Of a stretch of DNA of 64,000 nucleotides, positions 38,180 to 48,041 are shown piece after piece (positions within the stretch are counted from its first letter, which is position 1; every line of letters starts with the position of its first letter). Under the pieces are notes generated by a model. It saw nothing but the letters and a program-made list of their open reading frames with translations, did not search any database and was not told where the DNA came from. Position numbers and translations under genes: made by a program. The stretch spans positions 36,558 through 100,557 of the forward strand of contig CAYOEA010000002.1 in the NCBI GenBank assembly GCA_964402995.1, read 5' to 3'. This DNA is from an uncultured Methanosarcinales archaeon. GTDB lineage: Archaea > Nanobdellota > Nanobdellia > Woesearchaeales > GCA-2686295.

Positions 38180-39547
38180 CTATTTACCCATGAACTTTCT
38201 CATCATAGGGTTCATGTCCATCATGTGCTGTTGTGCAATTTCTTCATATAGTTTATACACAATCATCACAGTAAGTAAAATACCTGTTCCACTACCATAA
38301 GCACCTGTTAAATCAGCAATCGCAGCTAATAAACCAACAGCCATACCGCCCATGATTGTTAAAGGACCTATATATCTTTGTAGAAGTCTTTCTAAAACTC
38401 GCTGATCTTTTCTAAAACCAGGAATCTGAAGACCTGAAGCCATAATCTGTTTTGCTTGAGATCTTGCATCAAGACCTGCTGTTTGAACCCAAAAATAAGA
38501 GAACAAGACTGATCCTGCCATAAATATCAATAAATAAATGAGTGATTGTCCAACCATGCTAAGAGTGAATGATCCAGTAACAATATTTTGAATCATATTA
38601 GGAGCATAAAGTACTGATGCTAACCCTGAAACAGGACTGTTATTTACAAAAGTACCTAATATTGGATGACCCCAATTATCAAGTAAACGAGCAAATAATT
38701 GAACGTTAGCAAGTAAAGCTGCCACTAAAATAACAGGAATATTACTTGTATAAAAGAAATTTAACGGCCAACGCATACCATGACCTCTAACTCTACCAAA
38801 ACTAAGAGGAATCTCAACTTTCATAGATTGAGTATATACCACAACCATAAAAACTAATACAGTTGCAATGATTGATGCAAGCATAATAGTTGCTGTTTGC
38901 GGATCTCCTTGACTTAATGATTGAAATAAAGCAGGAAGAGCTCCTGTAGCAATTGATGGATTGCTTGGACTTGGAAGTGGATTTAAAATTCTGATGAAAA
39001 TAGTTTGAGAAACTCCTGCAGCAATAAATAAACTTATTCCTGAACCAAAGCCCCATTTACTAATAACTTCATCCATAAACATGATTAATATTCCGCCAAG
39101 GAATAACTGGAAGATTAAAACTCCCGTACCAATTCCTTCTAAAGGCGCAAGACCACCCATTTGAACATAGATAAAACCTTCTAAAAGAATAAAACCTACA
39201 GATAATAATTTTTGAATACCTTGAAACCGCTTTTTACCTTCAGTTGATGTTAAATCAAAATTAATGATTCCTGAACCGTTTAAAAGCTGTAATACGATAG
39301 ATGCAGTAACTATAGGCCCTATACCTAAGCTAATAATACTTCCAAAGCTCGCACCAAGGATAATTGATAAGAATTCGAATTGTTGTAAAGCGTTAACTCC
39401 TAAACCATATAATGGGATAAGACCTAAAACAAAGAATAATAATAAAACGATTAAAGTCCATTTCAATTTCTCTTTAAAAGAAAGCTTTTTCTGCGTAGGT
39501 GATGCAACCTCGGGCAGATTATTTAATATAGTATCGAAAAAAGACAT
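38180..39547 (-). CDS. secY: preprotein translocase SecY
   Basis: 10-TM protein with SecY signatures (…GLGVNALQ…, …GIGPIVTASIVLQLL…). Position matches: downstream of uL15. Confidence 0.9.
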   Translation of the reverse strand: MSFFDTILNNLPEVASPTQKKLSFKEKLKWTLIVLLLFFVLGLIPLYGLGVNALQQFEFLSIILGASFGSIISLGIGPIVTASIVLQLLNGSGIINFDLTSTEGKKRFQGIQKLLSVGFILLEGFIYVQMGGLAPLEGIGTGVLIFQLFLGGILIMFMDEVISKWGFGSGISLFIAAGVSQTIFIRILNPLPSPSNPSIATGALPALFQSLSQGDPQTATIMLASIIATVLVFMVVVYTQSMKVEIPLSFGRVRGHGMRWPLNFFYTSNIPVILVAALLANVQLFARLLDNWGHPILGTFVNNSPVSGLASVLYAPNMIQNIVTGSFTLSMVGQSLIYLLIFMAGSVLFSYFWVQTAGLDARSQAKQIMASGLQIPGFRKDQRVLERLLQRYIGPLTIMGGMAVGLLAAIADLTGAYGSGTGILLTVMIVYKLYEEIAQQHMMDMNPMMRKFMGK

Positions 39548-39599
39548 TTTAATTTGGTTAAAGTATTAAAAAAAAGACATAAGTCTTTAATTAATCTTT

Positions 39600-40085
39600 C
39601 TATTTCTTACTTTTTACTTCAGGCTTGCTTTTAGTTTCTTTAGTTTTTGGTACTTCTTTAACTTCTTCTTTAGTTTCTTTTTTAGATTTACTAAGAAGAC
39701 CTGAAACTTTTCCACCAGCTTCTGTAATTTTAGCAATTGCAGATTCTGAAGCATGATTCACTGTAATTTCAAATTTCTGAGTGGTTTTTCCTATACCAAG
39801 TAATTTATCAAAACCTGCTTTTCTTAAATCAATTTTAACATCATTAAATTTTGCTAAATCACAAATATTAATTGTTTTAAGTGGTTTTTTTAATGAAGTA
39901 AATCCTTTACTTTTATAGTATGATTTATCAGTCCAGTAACTAGGTTTGTTAGCATCTCCTCTTTTACCGGATCCAGCTTTACCTCGACCGCCTCTGCTAC
40001 CAGCGCCTCGATGTTTCTTTTTAGCTCCCCAACCGTGAGTGTGAGTTCCTCTGTTTCGTGATTGTTTAGGTCTTTGTCTATCCAT
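39600..40085 (-). CDS. rpl15: 50S ribosomal protein uL15
   Basis: …RNRGTHTHGWGAKKKHRGAGSRGGRGKAGSGKRG… is the uL15 glycine-rich N-terminus. Carries a K-rich C-terminal tail. Confidence 0.85.
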   Translation of the reverse strand: MDRQRPKQSRNRGTHTHGWGAKKKHRGAGSRGGRGKAGSGKRGDANKPSYWTDKSYYKSKGFTSLKKPLKTINICDLAKFNDVKIDLRKAGFDKLLGIGKTTQKFEITVNHASESAIAKITEAGGKVSGLLSKSKKETKEEVKEVPKTKETKSKPEVKSKK

Positions 40086-40086
40086 T

Positions 40087-40548
40087 TTACAACATCTTCC
40101 TTACAAGATCATTCATTTTTTCTCCTCTGTAACCAAGAACACCGCCAACAGTAAATGGCTTTTTTGTTCCTTTTCGCTCAAAACCGCCTTTAGGAGGAGC
40201 AAGTTCAAAAAATGGTTTTAAATTACCATTTACATCTTTTTTTCCTCTAACAGATTCAAGTTCTTTTACAGTTTCATCAGATACTTCTCCGAATGTCACA
40301 TAATCTTTAATTTTTCTAAACATACCTTTAGTAGTAGGATTATTGTCTAAAACTACACAAGTATGTTTTTTTCTAAGTCTTAACATAAATAATGTTTCTT
40401 TAATATCATGTCTGATTCCAATAAGACCCCTAATTAAAATAACAGCTACTTTTGATGATTTTGCAGCTTTAGCCGGAGCAGTTTTTGTTTCTTTAACTAC
40501 AGGTTTGCTTTCGGTTTTAGTTTCTGGGGTTTTAGTTTCTTCGTTCAT
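40087..40548 (-). CDS. rpl30: 50S ribosomal protein uL30 (with N-terminal extension)
   Basis: …VAVILIRGLIGIRHDIKETLFMLRLRKKHTCVV… is the uL30 core. Confidence 0.8.
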   Translation of the reverse strand: MNEETKTPETKTESKPVVKETKTAPAKAAKSSKVAVILIRGLIGIRHDIKETLFMLRLRKKHTCVVLDNNPTTKGMFRKIKDYVTFGEVSDETVKELESVRGKKDVNGNLKPFFELAPPKGGFERKGTKKPFTVGGVLGYRGEKMNDLVRKML

Positions 40549-41393
40549 TTTTTATTTTCCTTGGATTTTGAATTGTTATTATTATATGTTTTTTTAACAG
40601 GTTTTCTTGTATCTTTTCTAGCTGTTTTAATAGCTCTTTTATCTTTTGGTAAACCTGAATCTTCAACAGCTGCATTTTCAAAATCTTCTTTTAATTTAGC
40701 ATTTTTATCTGTGCCACTAATCATGTAAAGTTCTGAAATATGTTTTGTTTGAAATTTAACTTTAACAAGTTGTTTTAATGCTTTTTCTAAAGCGCTAACT
40801 AAGTTAATTTTATTTTTAGTTTGACCAAAAGTTTTTGACCAAATATCTGTAATTCCTGCTAATTCAAGAATTTTTGCGCATTCTTTTTCAATAACTAAAC
40901 CAGTTCCTTTTGGAGCAGGCATAAGTTTTATGATAACGGATCCGCATTTTCCTTCAACCGCAAATGGAATTGTGTGAGGTTCGCTTGATCTTGATTCCCA
41001 AGAACCTGAACCACGAGTAATCATGAATACGTTAAGCTTTGCTTTTCTCATTGCTTTTTCTCTAGCAAGAACAGTTTCTTTAGCTTTACCACGACCAATA
41101 CCTACATGACCATTTTTATCACCAATAACTGCAAGAGTAGTAAATCTTGGTTTATTACCTTCTTTGGTTTTCTTTTGAGTTTGTCTGAAAACTCTTCTTT
41201 GTCCACCACCAAATTTACCTTTAGCTTGACCTATTAGTAATAATTCAGTTTCGTAATCTAATAAAGTATCAGTAATTTCTTGTTCAAGAATTACTTTTCC
41301 TGAATTTAAAATTTCATCAATGTTAGTGATTTCTTTAGTTTGGACTTTAACTCCAAGTTCGGTTTTTGGTATCCAAGTTTTTTCTTCTTCCAT
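40545..41393 (-). CDS. rps5: 30S ribosomal protein uS5 (with K-rich C-terminal tail)
   Basis: …GQRRVFRQTQKKTKEGNKPRFTTLAVIGDKNGHVGIGRGKAKE… and …APKGTGLV… are the uS5 dsRBD and S5 C-terminal domains. Confidence 0.9.
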   Translation of the reverse strand: MEEEKTWIPKTELGVKVQTKEITNIDEILNSGKVILEQEITDTLLDYETELLLIGQAKGKFGGGQRRVFRQTQKKTKEGNKPRFTTLAVIGDKNGHVGIGRGKAKETVLAREKAMRKAKLNVFMITRGSGSWESRSSEPHTIPFAVEGKCGSVIIKLMPAPKGTGLVIEKECAKILELAGITDIWSKTFGQTKNKINLVSALEKALKQLVKVKFQTKHISELYMISGTDKNAKLKEDFENAAVEDSGLPKDKRAIKTARKDTRKPVKKTYNNNNSKSKENKK

Positions 41394-41401
41394 TTTTTCG
41401 A

Positions 41402-41887
41402 TTAAATTTTAGTTTTTATAGTTTCAAAGTCTTTTGAGACTTTTTCTGAAATATGTGAACCTGATAATCTGTCTTCAGGAGGGAAAACCACTTCTGAGAC
41501 GGGAACAGATAAACCACTGTCAACAACACCTTTTAAGACTGCATAAAGTCTTGATCCTGGAATTGATGTTTGAAGGCCTAAGTCTAAGATTGCTTTTGTA
41601 ATCTTTTTTTCTGAAGCTTTCTTTCCTAATAATAAACCAGTCAAATAAGCTGCAGGTAAACTTTTAGCTGAATGTTTCCATCCAAGTTTAGCAAGTTCTT
41701 TAGAACTGACTCCTAGGATGACTTTATCACTAGAAGGTTCGTAACTAACAATTTGTGCTGTTATGTATTTGTTGGATTTTCTAATAACTAATCTTTCAGT
41801 TCGACTTTTTAATAAAGCTAACCGCTTCTTATAATTAGTTTTACCTTCTCTTTTCCTTCTGAATGCTAATCTTGTTTTTCGGCTCAT
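41402..41887 (-). CDS. rpl18: 50S ribosomal protein uL18
   Basis: …TNYKKRLALLKSRTERLVIRKSNKYITAQIV… is the uL18 pattern. Confidence 0.85.
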   Translation of the reverse strand: MSRKTRLAFRRKREGKTNYKKRLALLKSRTERLVIRKSNKYITAQIVSYEPSSDKVILGVSSKELAKLGWKHSAKSLPAAYLTGLLLGKKASEKKITKAILDLGLQTSIPGSRLYAVLKGVVDSGLSVPVSEVVFPPEDRLSGSHISEKVSKDFETIKTKI

Positions 41888-42333
41888 TTTACAATTAATT
41901 TATTATCTTCTAGGTATGTTTTCAGGTGTCTTTTACTTCTGAAAAAGTTACCTTTTGCTTTTGAATAAAGCATAGTGTAAGTTTCTTTTGTGATGACGCT
42001 TTTATCTTTTAAAAGCTTAATGAATGTTCTTTGAAGTCTGATTTTGTTTATCCAAACTTGTTTTGAATTAACTCTAGCATTTTTAGTTCCTTTTCTAGTT
42101 GAGGCTCCTTTTTGAAGTCCCTTTCGTCTTTGAACTTTTCTTGCTCTTACACGTACTTTTGAAGTACCTTTAATTTGCCTGCCTTTAATTGCCTTATCAC
42201 CAACTAAACCTCTGATGTCGGTTTTCGTGATTGCTTCTTTAATATCTTCAAGTCTTTCAGGATCGAAAGATACTCTTTTCTTTGATATCTTAAGGACGCT
42301 TGCTGCAAGTTTTTTTTGAGTTTTAAGTTTCAT
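41884..42333 (-). CDS. rpl19e: 50S ribosomal protein L19e
   Basis: MKLKTQKKLAASVLKISKKRVSFDP… is the L19e N-terminus. Confidence 0.85.
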   Translation of the reverse strand: MKLKTQKKLAASVLKISKKRVSFDPERLEDIKEAITKTDIRGLVGDKAIKGRQIKGTSKVRVRARKVQRRKGLQKGASTRKGTKNARVNSKQVWINKIRLQRTFIKLLKDKSVITKETYTMLYSKAKGNFFRSKRHLKTYLEDNKLIVK

Positions 42334-42341
42334 TTTGTATC

Positions 42342-42971
42342 TTATTGTTTTTTAGTTAAAATTTTATCAAGCTTTTTTTTGTCTACATCTTCTGTTTCTT
42401 CAGTTTTTGCAGCTTCTTTTTCTTTAGCTTCTTTTTCCTTTGCTTCTTTTTCTTTTTTATCAGCTGCTGCTTTCTTTTCTTTATCTTTAACTTCTTTTTC
42501 TTTAGCAACTAATTCTTTCTTATCTTTTCTTTCTTTGAAAGAATCGTTAAGTGATTTTAATTTTTCATCTAATTTTAAATTTAATACTATGATGTTAAGT
42601 TTTTTTGCTTCTTCTAAAAGTAAAACTAGTTTTTTAGCGCCAACATTTGCCATGATAGCTCCTTGAGTTTTATTATCTAAAGCATTTAAATCTGTTATAT
42701 TATTAATCATGATAGGTAAAAGACCTTTGATAAGTCCTTTCTCATCTTTTGCACTTTGATAACCGGATTTAACAACAGGGGCATAGCCTCTTTTATTTAA
42801 TCGTCTTTTATTTTGAATACCTTTAGGTCTTCTCCATTTATCTTCTAACTTCTTCTTTTTATGTGAATCAGTTTGTACAAATTTTATTTTATTTTTTGAT
42901 GAGTTCATTTTATATCTTTTTACCGTCTTTTTCAGTAATGTAAATACCGTCTTGAAATATTCTTCTATCAA
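42342..42971 (-). CDS. rpl32e: 50S ribosomal protein L32e with K/E-rich C-terminal extension
   Basis: …WRRPKGIQNKRRLNKRGYAPVVKSGY… is the L32e core. The true start is probably the internal Met at ~42908 (MNSSKNKIKF), which removes the overlap with uL6. The C-terminal ~70 aa is KEKEAKEKE low complexity. Confidence 0.8.
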   Translation of the reverse strand: MIEEYFKTVFTLLKKTVKRYKMNSSKNKIKFVQTDSHKKKKLEDKWRRPKGIQNKRRLNKRGYAPVVKSGYQSAKDEKGLIKGLLPIMINNITDLNALDNKTQGAIMANVGAKKLVLLLEEAKKLNIIVLNLKLDEKLKSLNDSFKERKDKKELVAKEKEVKDKEKKAAADKKEKEAKEKEAKEKEAAKTEETEDVDKKKLDKILTKKQ

Positions 42972-43488
42972 AACCTGGTCTTTTTGTTAATTGTTCAATT
43001 GAAGCTGCGCCTTGACCTGCTAATTCTTTATCAATACTATCAACAACAATTAGAGTACCGTCGATTTTAACATTAACGCCTTCTTTGAAAGTAAGAGTTC
43101 TAGGAACTTTTTCTCCAATGAAGTTTTTAATTTCAATAACTTTTCCTTTTAATACTACAGTCATTGGAAAATGACCTGAACAAATTTTAAGTTTGTAAAC
43201 GTGACCTTCTGTTACACCTTTGAAAGTGTTTGCAATATGAGCTTTAAAAGTATTAGTTAACTTTTTTGACTTCTTAGTTAATTTCTTTGAAGTTAATTTA
43301 ATTGTTGATCCTTCTTTTGAAATAGTGATGATAGGACTAAACAAATTCTTTTTAACTTCGCCTTTTTGACCTTTAACTGAAATCATTCCTTTTTCTGATG
43401 AAAAATCAATTCCTTCAGGCAAATCCAAAGTTTCCACATATTGTTCTTGTGCCATCTTAATAACAGTAAGCGTAGAGCTTTCCTCCAA
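42910..43488 (-). CDS. rpl6: 50S ribosomal protein uL6
   Basis: Two-domain uL6 pattern (…VKGQKGEV…, …GVNVKIDGTLIVV…). The true start is probably the internal Met at ~43455. Confidence 0.85.
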   Translation of the reverse strand: MEESSTLTVIKMAQEQYVETLDLPEGIDFSSEKGMISVKGQKGEVKKNLFSPIITISKEGSTIKLTSKKLTKKSKKLTNTFKAHIANTFKGVTEGHVYKLKICSGHFPMTVVLKGKVIEIKNFIGEKVPRTLTFKEGVNVKIDGTLIVVDSIDKELAGQGAASIEQLTKRPGFDRRIFQDGIYITEKDGKKI

Positions 43489-43849
43489 GCTTCTTTTCTT
43501 TAGCTTCCTTGTGAGTCATTAGTCCTTGGTTTGTTGAAATAACAATGAACCCAAAGTCTTTTGCTGGAAGATATCTTTTTTCAAATTTTTCATAATCTGG
43601 AAGTTTGATTTGATAATAAGGTCTTATTACATTTGTTTTGTTGATTTTCCCACAAAGTGAAATTTTTAATTCATTTCCGCTGCTTGTAGGTACTTCTTCA
43701 AAATCAGCAATATAACCTTCGTTTTTCATAATAGTTAAAATTTCACGAATTAGTTTTGAATTGTTATTAGTAACAACTACTTTTTTACCTAATTGTTCAT
43801 AGTTTTGAATGAACGATAATACATTTGCTAGTGGATTGTTTAAACTCAT
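43457..43849 (-). CDS. rps8: 30S ribosomal protein uS8
   Basis: …NPLANVLSFIQNYEQLGKK… and …GLMTHKEAKEKKLGGKLYAYCY match uS8. Confidence 0.9.
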   Translation of the reverse strand: MSLNNPLANVLSFIQNYEQLGKKVVVTNNNSKLIREILTIMKNEGYIADFEEVPTSSGNELKISLCGKINKTNVIRPYYQIKLPDYEKFEKRYLPAKDFGFIVISTNQGLMTHKEAKEKKLGGKLYAYCY

Positions 43850-43859
43850 TTTTGCACCT

Positions 43860-44087
43860 TTAACTAAATTTCTTGAATCCTAGCTCTAAAGCCACGTCTC
43901 TGAAACACTGTCTACATAAATTAAGACCATATTTTGATATGTGAGCACCAGTTCGCCCGCATCGTCTACATTTCTTAGTTAATTTTCCAAATTTTCTATC
44001 TTTAGGAAGATTATGTTTTTTGAACTTAATTCCTTTAGATTTATGTTCAATTTGTTTTAATACTTTGTTTGCATCTGATGTGGTCAT
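43860..44087 (-). CDS. rps14: 30S ribosomal protein uS14 (zinc-binding type)
   Basis: …[24 protein letters not shown]… is the Zn-ribbon uS14. Confidence 0.9.
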   Translation of the reverse strand: MTTSDANKVLKQIEHKSKGIKFKKHNLPKDRKFGKLTKKCRRCGRTGAHISKYGLNLCRQCFRDVALELGFKKFS

Positions 44088-44599
44088 TGTTGTTCACCTA
44101 TTGAAATCTTAAATTCTTTTTGAAGAAACTCTGTTGCATCTTCTTGTGAAATTCTATGATTTTTTGCGATTTTAGTTTTCAAAAGTTTTCTTTTTTTAAT
44201 TCTAAAACCAGGTCTTCCTAAAGTAACACTAGTTTGAAGTCCAATAATACCAATATCTGGATCATATTTTGCTTCTGGAATGTCAATATATTCGTGAATA
44301 CCAAATGAAATGTTTCCTGAGTTATCAACACAGCTAGTTGAAAGTTTATTTTCTTTAGCTTTCAAAAGTCTAACTAAAAGTTTTTTAGCAGCATCTCTTC
44401 TGAGTGTGATTTTACAACCAATAGGAAGATTAGGTCTTAAACCCCAGCCAGCAATTCTCTTTTGAGTAATTGTTCTTACAGGTGTAATTCCAGTAATACT
44501 CTTAAGAAGTTTTTCAGCTTTCCTAAGTTTATTCTGATCTTTACCTGCACCTATGTTTAAGGTTACTTTCTCTATCCGAATTTCTTTCATTGAATTCAT
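44084..44599 (-). CDS. rpl5: 50S ribosomal protein uL5
   Basis: …[11 protein letters not shown]… and …[15 protein letters not shown]… match uL5. Confidence 0.9.
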   Translation of the reverse strand: MNSMKEIRIEKVTLNIGAGKDQNKLRKAEKLLKSITGITPVRTITQKRIAGWGLRPNLPIGCKITLRRDAAKKLLVRLLKAKENKLSTSCVDNSGNISFGIHEYIDIPEAKYDPDIGIIGLQTSVTLGRPGFRIKKRKLLKTKIAKNHRISQEDATEFLQKEFKISIGEQQ

Positions 44600-45285
44600 T
44601 TTACATTAATAATTGGTTTATCTTTTCCAATAACAAAAGCATAATTTTTCTTAGTTTCGAATTCTTCGTTTTCAACTTTAAATTTCAAAGTTAAACCATC
44701 AATTTCTACAACTTCTGCGATTTTCCCTACGTGTGATCCTTTAAACAAGATTACAGTAGCGCCTTTCTCAAAAGTTAAAACTTCTTTTATTTCTTGTTTT
44801 GGAATTGAAAATACCAAAGTATCTCCTGTTTTGTAAGCGTTTTTCTTAACGATTATAGTTCTACCATCAAGTGTTAATAATTGAATTTTATCTTTACCGA
44901 TGATTTTTTTGTTAACTAACTTTGAAAGTTTAAATTCTGACTCTTTTTCTGAAAGAGGATGAATAAATAACTTATTTTGTTTATTAACGAGGATTGTGTA
45001 ATGTTCTTTTTCTAACGGAATTGATAAAACATCAAAAATGCCAACTGGGTATCTGTAATCCTTTCTTCTTTTTCCATTAACTAAAATTTCTTGATCATGA
45101 AGTACTTTTTTAGCTTCTTTGTTAGTATTTGCCTTTCCAAGTAAATCTCTTAATACTACATTTATAGGAATTGACAAATCTTGTGAATGTGCACCTGGGT
45201 TTGGTCTTGTAGTAAAAACTACATTTTTTCTTTTAATTGGCCAGGTTCTTGGCGCGTTTTGTGCTTTTAAGTGATTCTTTGGCAT
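44596..45285 (-). CDS. rps4e: 30S ribosomal protein S4e
   Basis: MPKNHLKAQNAPRTWPIKRKNVVFTTRPNPGAHS… is the S4e N-terminus. Confidence 0.9.
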   Translation of the reverse strand: MPKNHLKAQNAPRTWPIKRKNVVFTTRPNPGAHSQDLSIPINVVLRDLLGKANTNKEAKKVLHDQEILVNGKRRKDYRYPVGIFDVLSIPLEKEHYTILVNKQNKLFIHPLSEKESEFKLSKLVNKKIIGKDKIQLLTLDGRTIIVKKNAYKTGDTLVFSIPKQEIKEVLTFEKGATVILFKGSHVGKIAEVVEIDGLTLKFKVENEEFETKKNYAFVIGKDKPIINVK

Positions 45286-45752
45286 TATTGTTCACCTTTT
45301 TTATCGTTTGAATTGTCAGTTTTTTCTTTTTCGTTCAAAACTTTAGTTTTTGGCACATCAGAATCGTTTGCTTCTGGACCTTTTAGTTTTTGAACTCTTT
45401 TTTTATCATCAAGATTTAATGATGTGATCATCAAGTTTGAAGGAGTAAATGCGATTTTAGCTTTTGAACCGTCTTTTTTAGTTAATTCAACTTTTTCAAG
45501 ATAAACTTTACATCTTTTTGTGTCGACTGATTCAACTTTTTGTTCGTCACCCTTTCGACTTCCAACCATAATTTTAACTTTATCGCCAGTTCTAACTCTA
45601 ACTGAACGAGTGTTGTGTTTTTTTCTAAGTTCGGCTGATAAATGAACTGAAAGAAAGTTGCCCTTTATATGAAGTGGAGCATTAAATACATACTTTCTTT
45701 GTTTACGAGCTTGAACGCTGCTATTCCATGTCTTTGAAAATTTGCTTTTCAT
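45285..45752 (-). CDS. rpl24: 50S ribosomal protein uL24 (with acidic/K-rich C-terminal tail)
   Basis: KOW motif …VRVRTGDKVKIMVGSRKGDEQKVESVD…. Confidence 0.85.
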   Translation of the reverse strand: MKSKFSKTWNSSVQARKQRKYVFNAPLHIKGNFLSVHLSAELRKKHNTRSVRVRTGDKVKIMVGSRKGDEQKVESVDTKRCKVYLEKVELTKKDGSKAKIAFTPSNLMITSLNLDDKKRVQKLKGPEANDSDVPKTKVLNEKEKTDNSNDKKGEQ

Positions 45753-45753
45753 T

Positions 45754-46155
45754 TTATACTATGATGCTTGCAATCTTTGATATACCAGGCCATCGCTCGC
45801 AAGCTTCTTTTGCAATTGGTCCTTTGAAAATTGTACCTTTTGGATTTCCTTTGACATCCTTAAGTACAACTGCTGCATTATCTTCATATTTAATTCGAGT
45901 ACCATCAGGTCTTCTATACTCTTTTCTTTGTCTAACAATAACTGCGAATACAACTTGTTTTCTCATATCTGGTTTACCTTTTTTAACAGCTGCTTGAACA
46001 AGCATGCCAACTCCTGCGTTAGGAATTCTTCCTTTAACAGATTTTGACCATTTAACACTGATAATTTTTAGTAATTTAGCACCGGAGTTATCACATGTAT
46101 CTACAAATGAGCCTACGTTTAATCCGTTAGTTATACTAGCTTTTATTGGTTTCAT
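45754..46155 (-). CDS. rpl14: 50S ribosomal protein uL14
   Basis: …DTCDNSGAKLLKIISVK…GVGMLVQAAVKKG… matches uL14. Confidence 0.9.
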   Translation of the reverse strand: MKPIKASITNGLNVGSFVDTCDNSGAKLLKIISVKWSKSVKGRIPNAGVGMLVQAAVKKGKPDMRKQVVFAVIVRQRKEYRRPDGTRIKYEDNAAVVLKDVKGNPKGTIFKGPIAKEACERWPGISKIASIIV

Positions 46156-46433
46156 TTTTCTTCTTCTTTTCTTTTGATTATTTCTGTAACAATGAAATTT
46201 TTAGTTTTTGAAAGAGGTCTTGTTTCCATAACTCTAACAAAGTCGCCTTCTTTAGCGTTAATTTCATCAGGATTATGAGCTTTGATTTTTGTTTGTCTTT
46301 TCTCGTATCTTTCGTACTTAGGAACAAATCTTTTTCGACCCCATAAGATTGAGACTGTTTTTCTCATTTTATCAGAGACCACAGTACCTTCGAATGTTCT
46401 GCCTCTTGTACTTATGTTTTTGTTATCTTTCAT
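46152..46433 (-). CDS. rps17: 30S ribosomal protein uS17
   Basis: …GRTFEGTVVSDKMRKTVSILWGRKRFVPKYERY…HNPDEINAKEGDFVRVMETRPLSKTK… matches uS17. Confidence 0.9.
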   Translation of the reverse strand: MKDNKNISTRGRTFEGTVVSDKMRKTVSILWGRKRFVPKYERYEKRQTKIKAHNPDEINAKEGDFVRVMETRPLSKTKNFIVTEIIKRKEEEK

Positions 46434-46434
46434 T

Positions 46435-46677
46435 TTATACCTTCATTTTTATCCGATCAATCGGACGTTTCATGATTTTGTTGCCTTGAATTTCGACATC
46501 ATTAATTTTAAATGTTGAAATGTTTTTGAGGATAATTTTGATTTCATCCTTGATTTTGATTTTGAATGTGCTCTTGGTTTCATCAACGATTAAACCTTTG
46601 AATCCCTCAAGCGATTTGTTTTTGCTTTCGATGATTTCTAATGTTTCTCCGATGAACTCTTCCTTGAGTATCTTCAT
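46435..46677 (-). CDS. rnp1: RNase P protein component 1 (Rpp29/Rnp1-like)
   Basis: Sm-like …GLIVDETKSTFKIKIKDEIKIILK… It sits between uS17 and SUI1/uL29 as in other archaea. Confidence 0.65.
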   Translation of the reverse strand: MKILKEEFIGETLEIIESKNKSLEGFKGLIVDETKSTFKIKIKDEIKIILKNISTFKINDVEIQGNKIMKRPIDRIKMKV

Positions 46678-46991
46678 CTGCCTTTTCTGACCTCGATTGT
46701 GTCGGAAACAAATCCCAACAAAGTCAATTCGTTTTTAATAGCTTTCAAATGATCACCTTGAAGTTCGATATTTCCGCCTTTTGCTGTTCCGCCACAAGCG
46801 AACTTATTTTTTAGCTTTTTTGCCAAATCTTTCATATCAATTTCGTGTTCATTAATGCCTTCGATAAGAGTATACTTCTTACCAAACTTTTTTTTTATTG
46901 TTTTAACCAGGATTTTCTGACTTTCCTTAGCAAGGTCTTCAAATGAAACTAAGTCCTTTGGTAAGCCTGTTACTGGATCTATATCACTCAT
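46674..46991 (-). CDS. sui1: translation initiation factor SUI1 (aIF1)
   Basis: …KKYTLIEGINEH…FACGGTAKGGNIELQGDH… is the SUI1 motif. Confidence 0.85.
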   Translation of the reverse strand: MSDIDPVTGLPKDLVSFEDLAKESQKILVKTIKKKFGKKYTLIEGINEHEIDMKDLAKKLKNKFACGGTAKGGNIELQGDHLKAIKNELTLLGFVSDTIEVRKGR

Positions 46992-47172
46992 TTTGTTTTT
47001 GAAGTGTTTTTATCTTTGCGATAGTTTTTTTAAACTGTTTAACTTGACTTGGATTTTTAATATTAGTACCAGTTGCTATTTGTGAGTTTAACTTAATTAA
47101 TTCAAGTTTTGCATCTTGAAGTTTTTTTTCAAGTTGATCTGCAGTCAATCCAGCTAATTCTTTGTACTTCAT
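46984..47172 (-). CDS. rpl29: 50S ribosomal protein uL29
   Basis: 62 aa, …LAGLTADQLEKKLQDAKLELIKLNSQ… matches uL29. Confidence 0.85.
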   Translation of the reverse strand: MKYKELAGLTADQLEKKLQDAKLELIKLNSQIATGTNIKNPSQVKQFKKTIAKIKTLQKQNE

Positions 47173-48041
47173 TTTTTCTCTTTATTTTCGTCTTCTTTTG
47201 AAGCTTCTTGAGTTTTCAGGGGTTTTTCCTTTGACTCAACTTTGTCTTCTTTAACATCTTCTACAGTTTTAACTTGTTTTTTAGTTTCCTTAACTATTTC
47301 TGATTTTGATTCTGATTTTTTTTCAGTTTTAGTTGTTGTTTTAGTTGAAGTTTCTTTAGTTACTTCTGTTTTAGCTTTAGTTTTAATTTCTTCAGTGATA
47401 ACTTCTGCTTCTGAACCTTTAACTTCTTCAATAACTTCTGTTACTTGTGGTAAAAGTGTAATTTTATCAGGAAGTTTGATTGTTCCAGGCATAATACTTA
47501 CCTTAATACCAACAATTCCAGTTTTTAATTTTGCAACAGCGTATGCTTTTAATACACCTGAGACTGCAATATCCCCGCATTTTTTCAAATAACCTTGATA
47601 AAATCTCCATGTTTTTGCTCTGCTGCTAGGAATTTTTCCTGAAATAAGTATTTCAACACCATAAGCTCCAGCTGCAATAACTGTTGACATTGATTTATGA
47701 CCTACACCTTTGAATCTTTGGGAACCAAATCTTTCAAGTGAGCCAGCAATCATTTCAGCAATAATATTTGCATCAAGACCGATGTCTTTTACTTCTTCAA
47801 TTTCAATTTGTGGATTTTCAAGTTTAAACTCTTTTTTAAGAGCTGTAGTAATTTTTGCAATGTTTGATCCTGATCTACCAACAACAAGACCTGGTCTTGA
47901 AGTAGCAATGTGAATTTTCTCGCCAAGAGGAGTTTTTTGAACTTTAACGTCACTTAGACCTACACGTCCAACAATTTGTTTAATGAACTCTTTAATTTGA
48001 AATTCTTTTACATTATTTGCAACAAATTTACGTTCAATCAT
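47169..48041 (-). CDS. rps3: 30S ribosomal protein uS3 with ~80-aa T/K/E-rich C-terminal extension
   Basis: KH domain …VGRVGLSDVKVQKTPLGEKIHIATSRPGLVVGRSGSNI… and the uS3 C-terminal domain. The tail is KTEVTKETSTKTTTKTEKKSESK…. Confidence 0.9.
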   Translation of the reverse strand: MIERKFVANNVKEFQIKEFIKQIVGRVGLSDVKVQKTPLGEKIHIATSRPGLVVGRSGSNIAKITTALKKEFKLENPQIEIEEVKDIGLDANIIAEMIAGSLERFGSQRFKGVGHKSMSTVIAAGAYGVEILISGKIPSSRAKTWRFYQGYLKKCGDIAVSGVLKAYAVAKLKTGIVGIKVSIMPGTIKLPDKITLLPQVTEVIEEVKGSEAEVITEEIKTKAKTEVTKETSTKTTTKTEKKSESKSEIVKETKKQVKTVEDVKEDKVESKEKPLKTQEASKEDENKEKK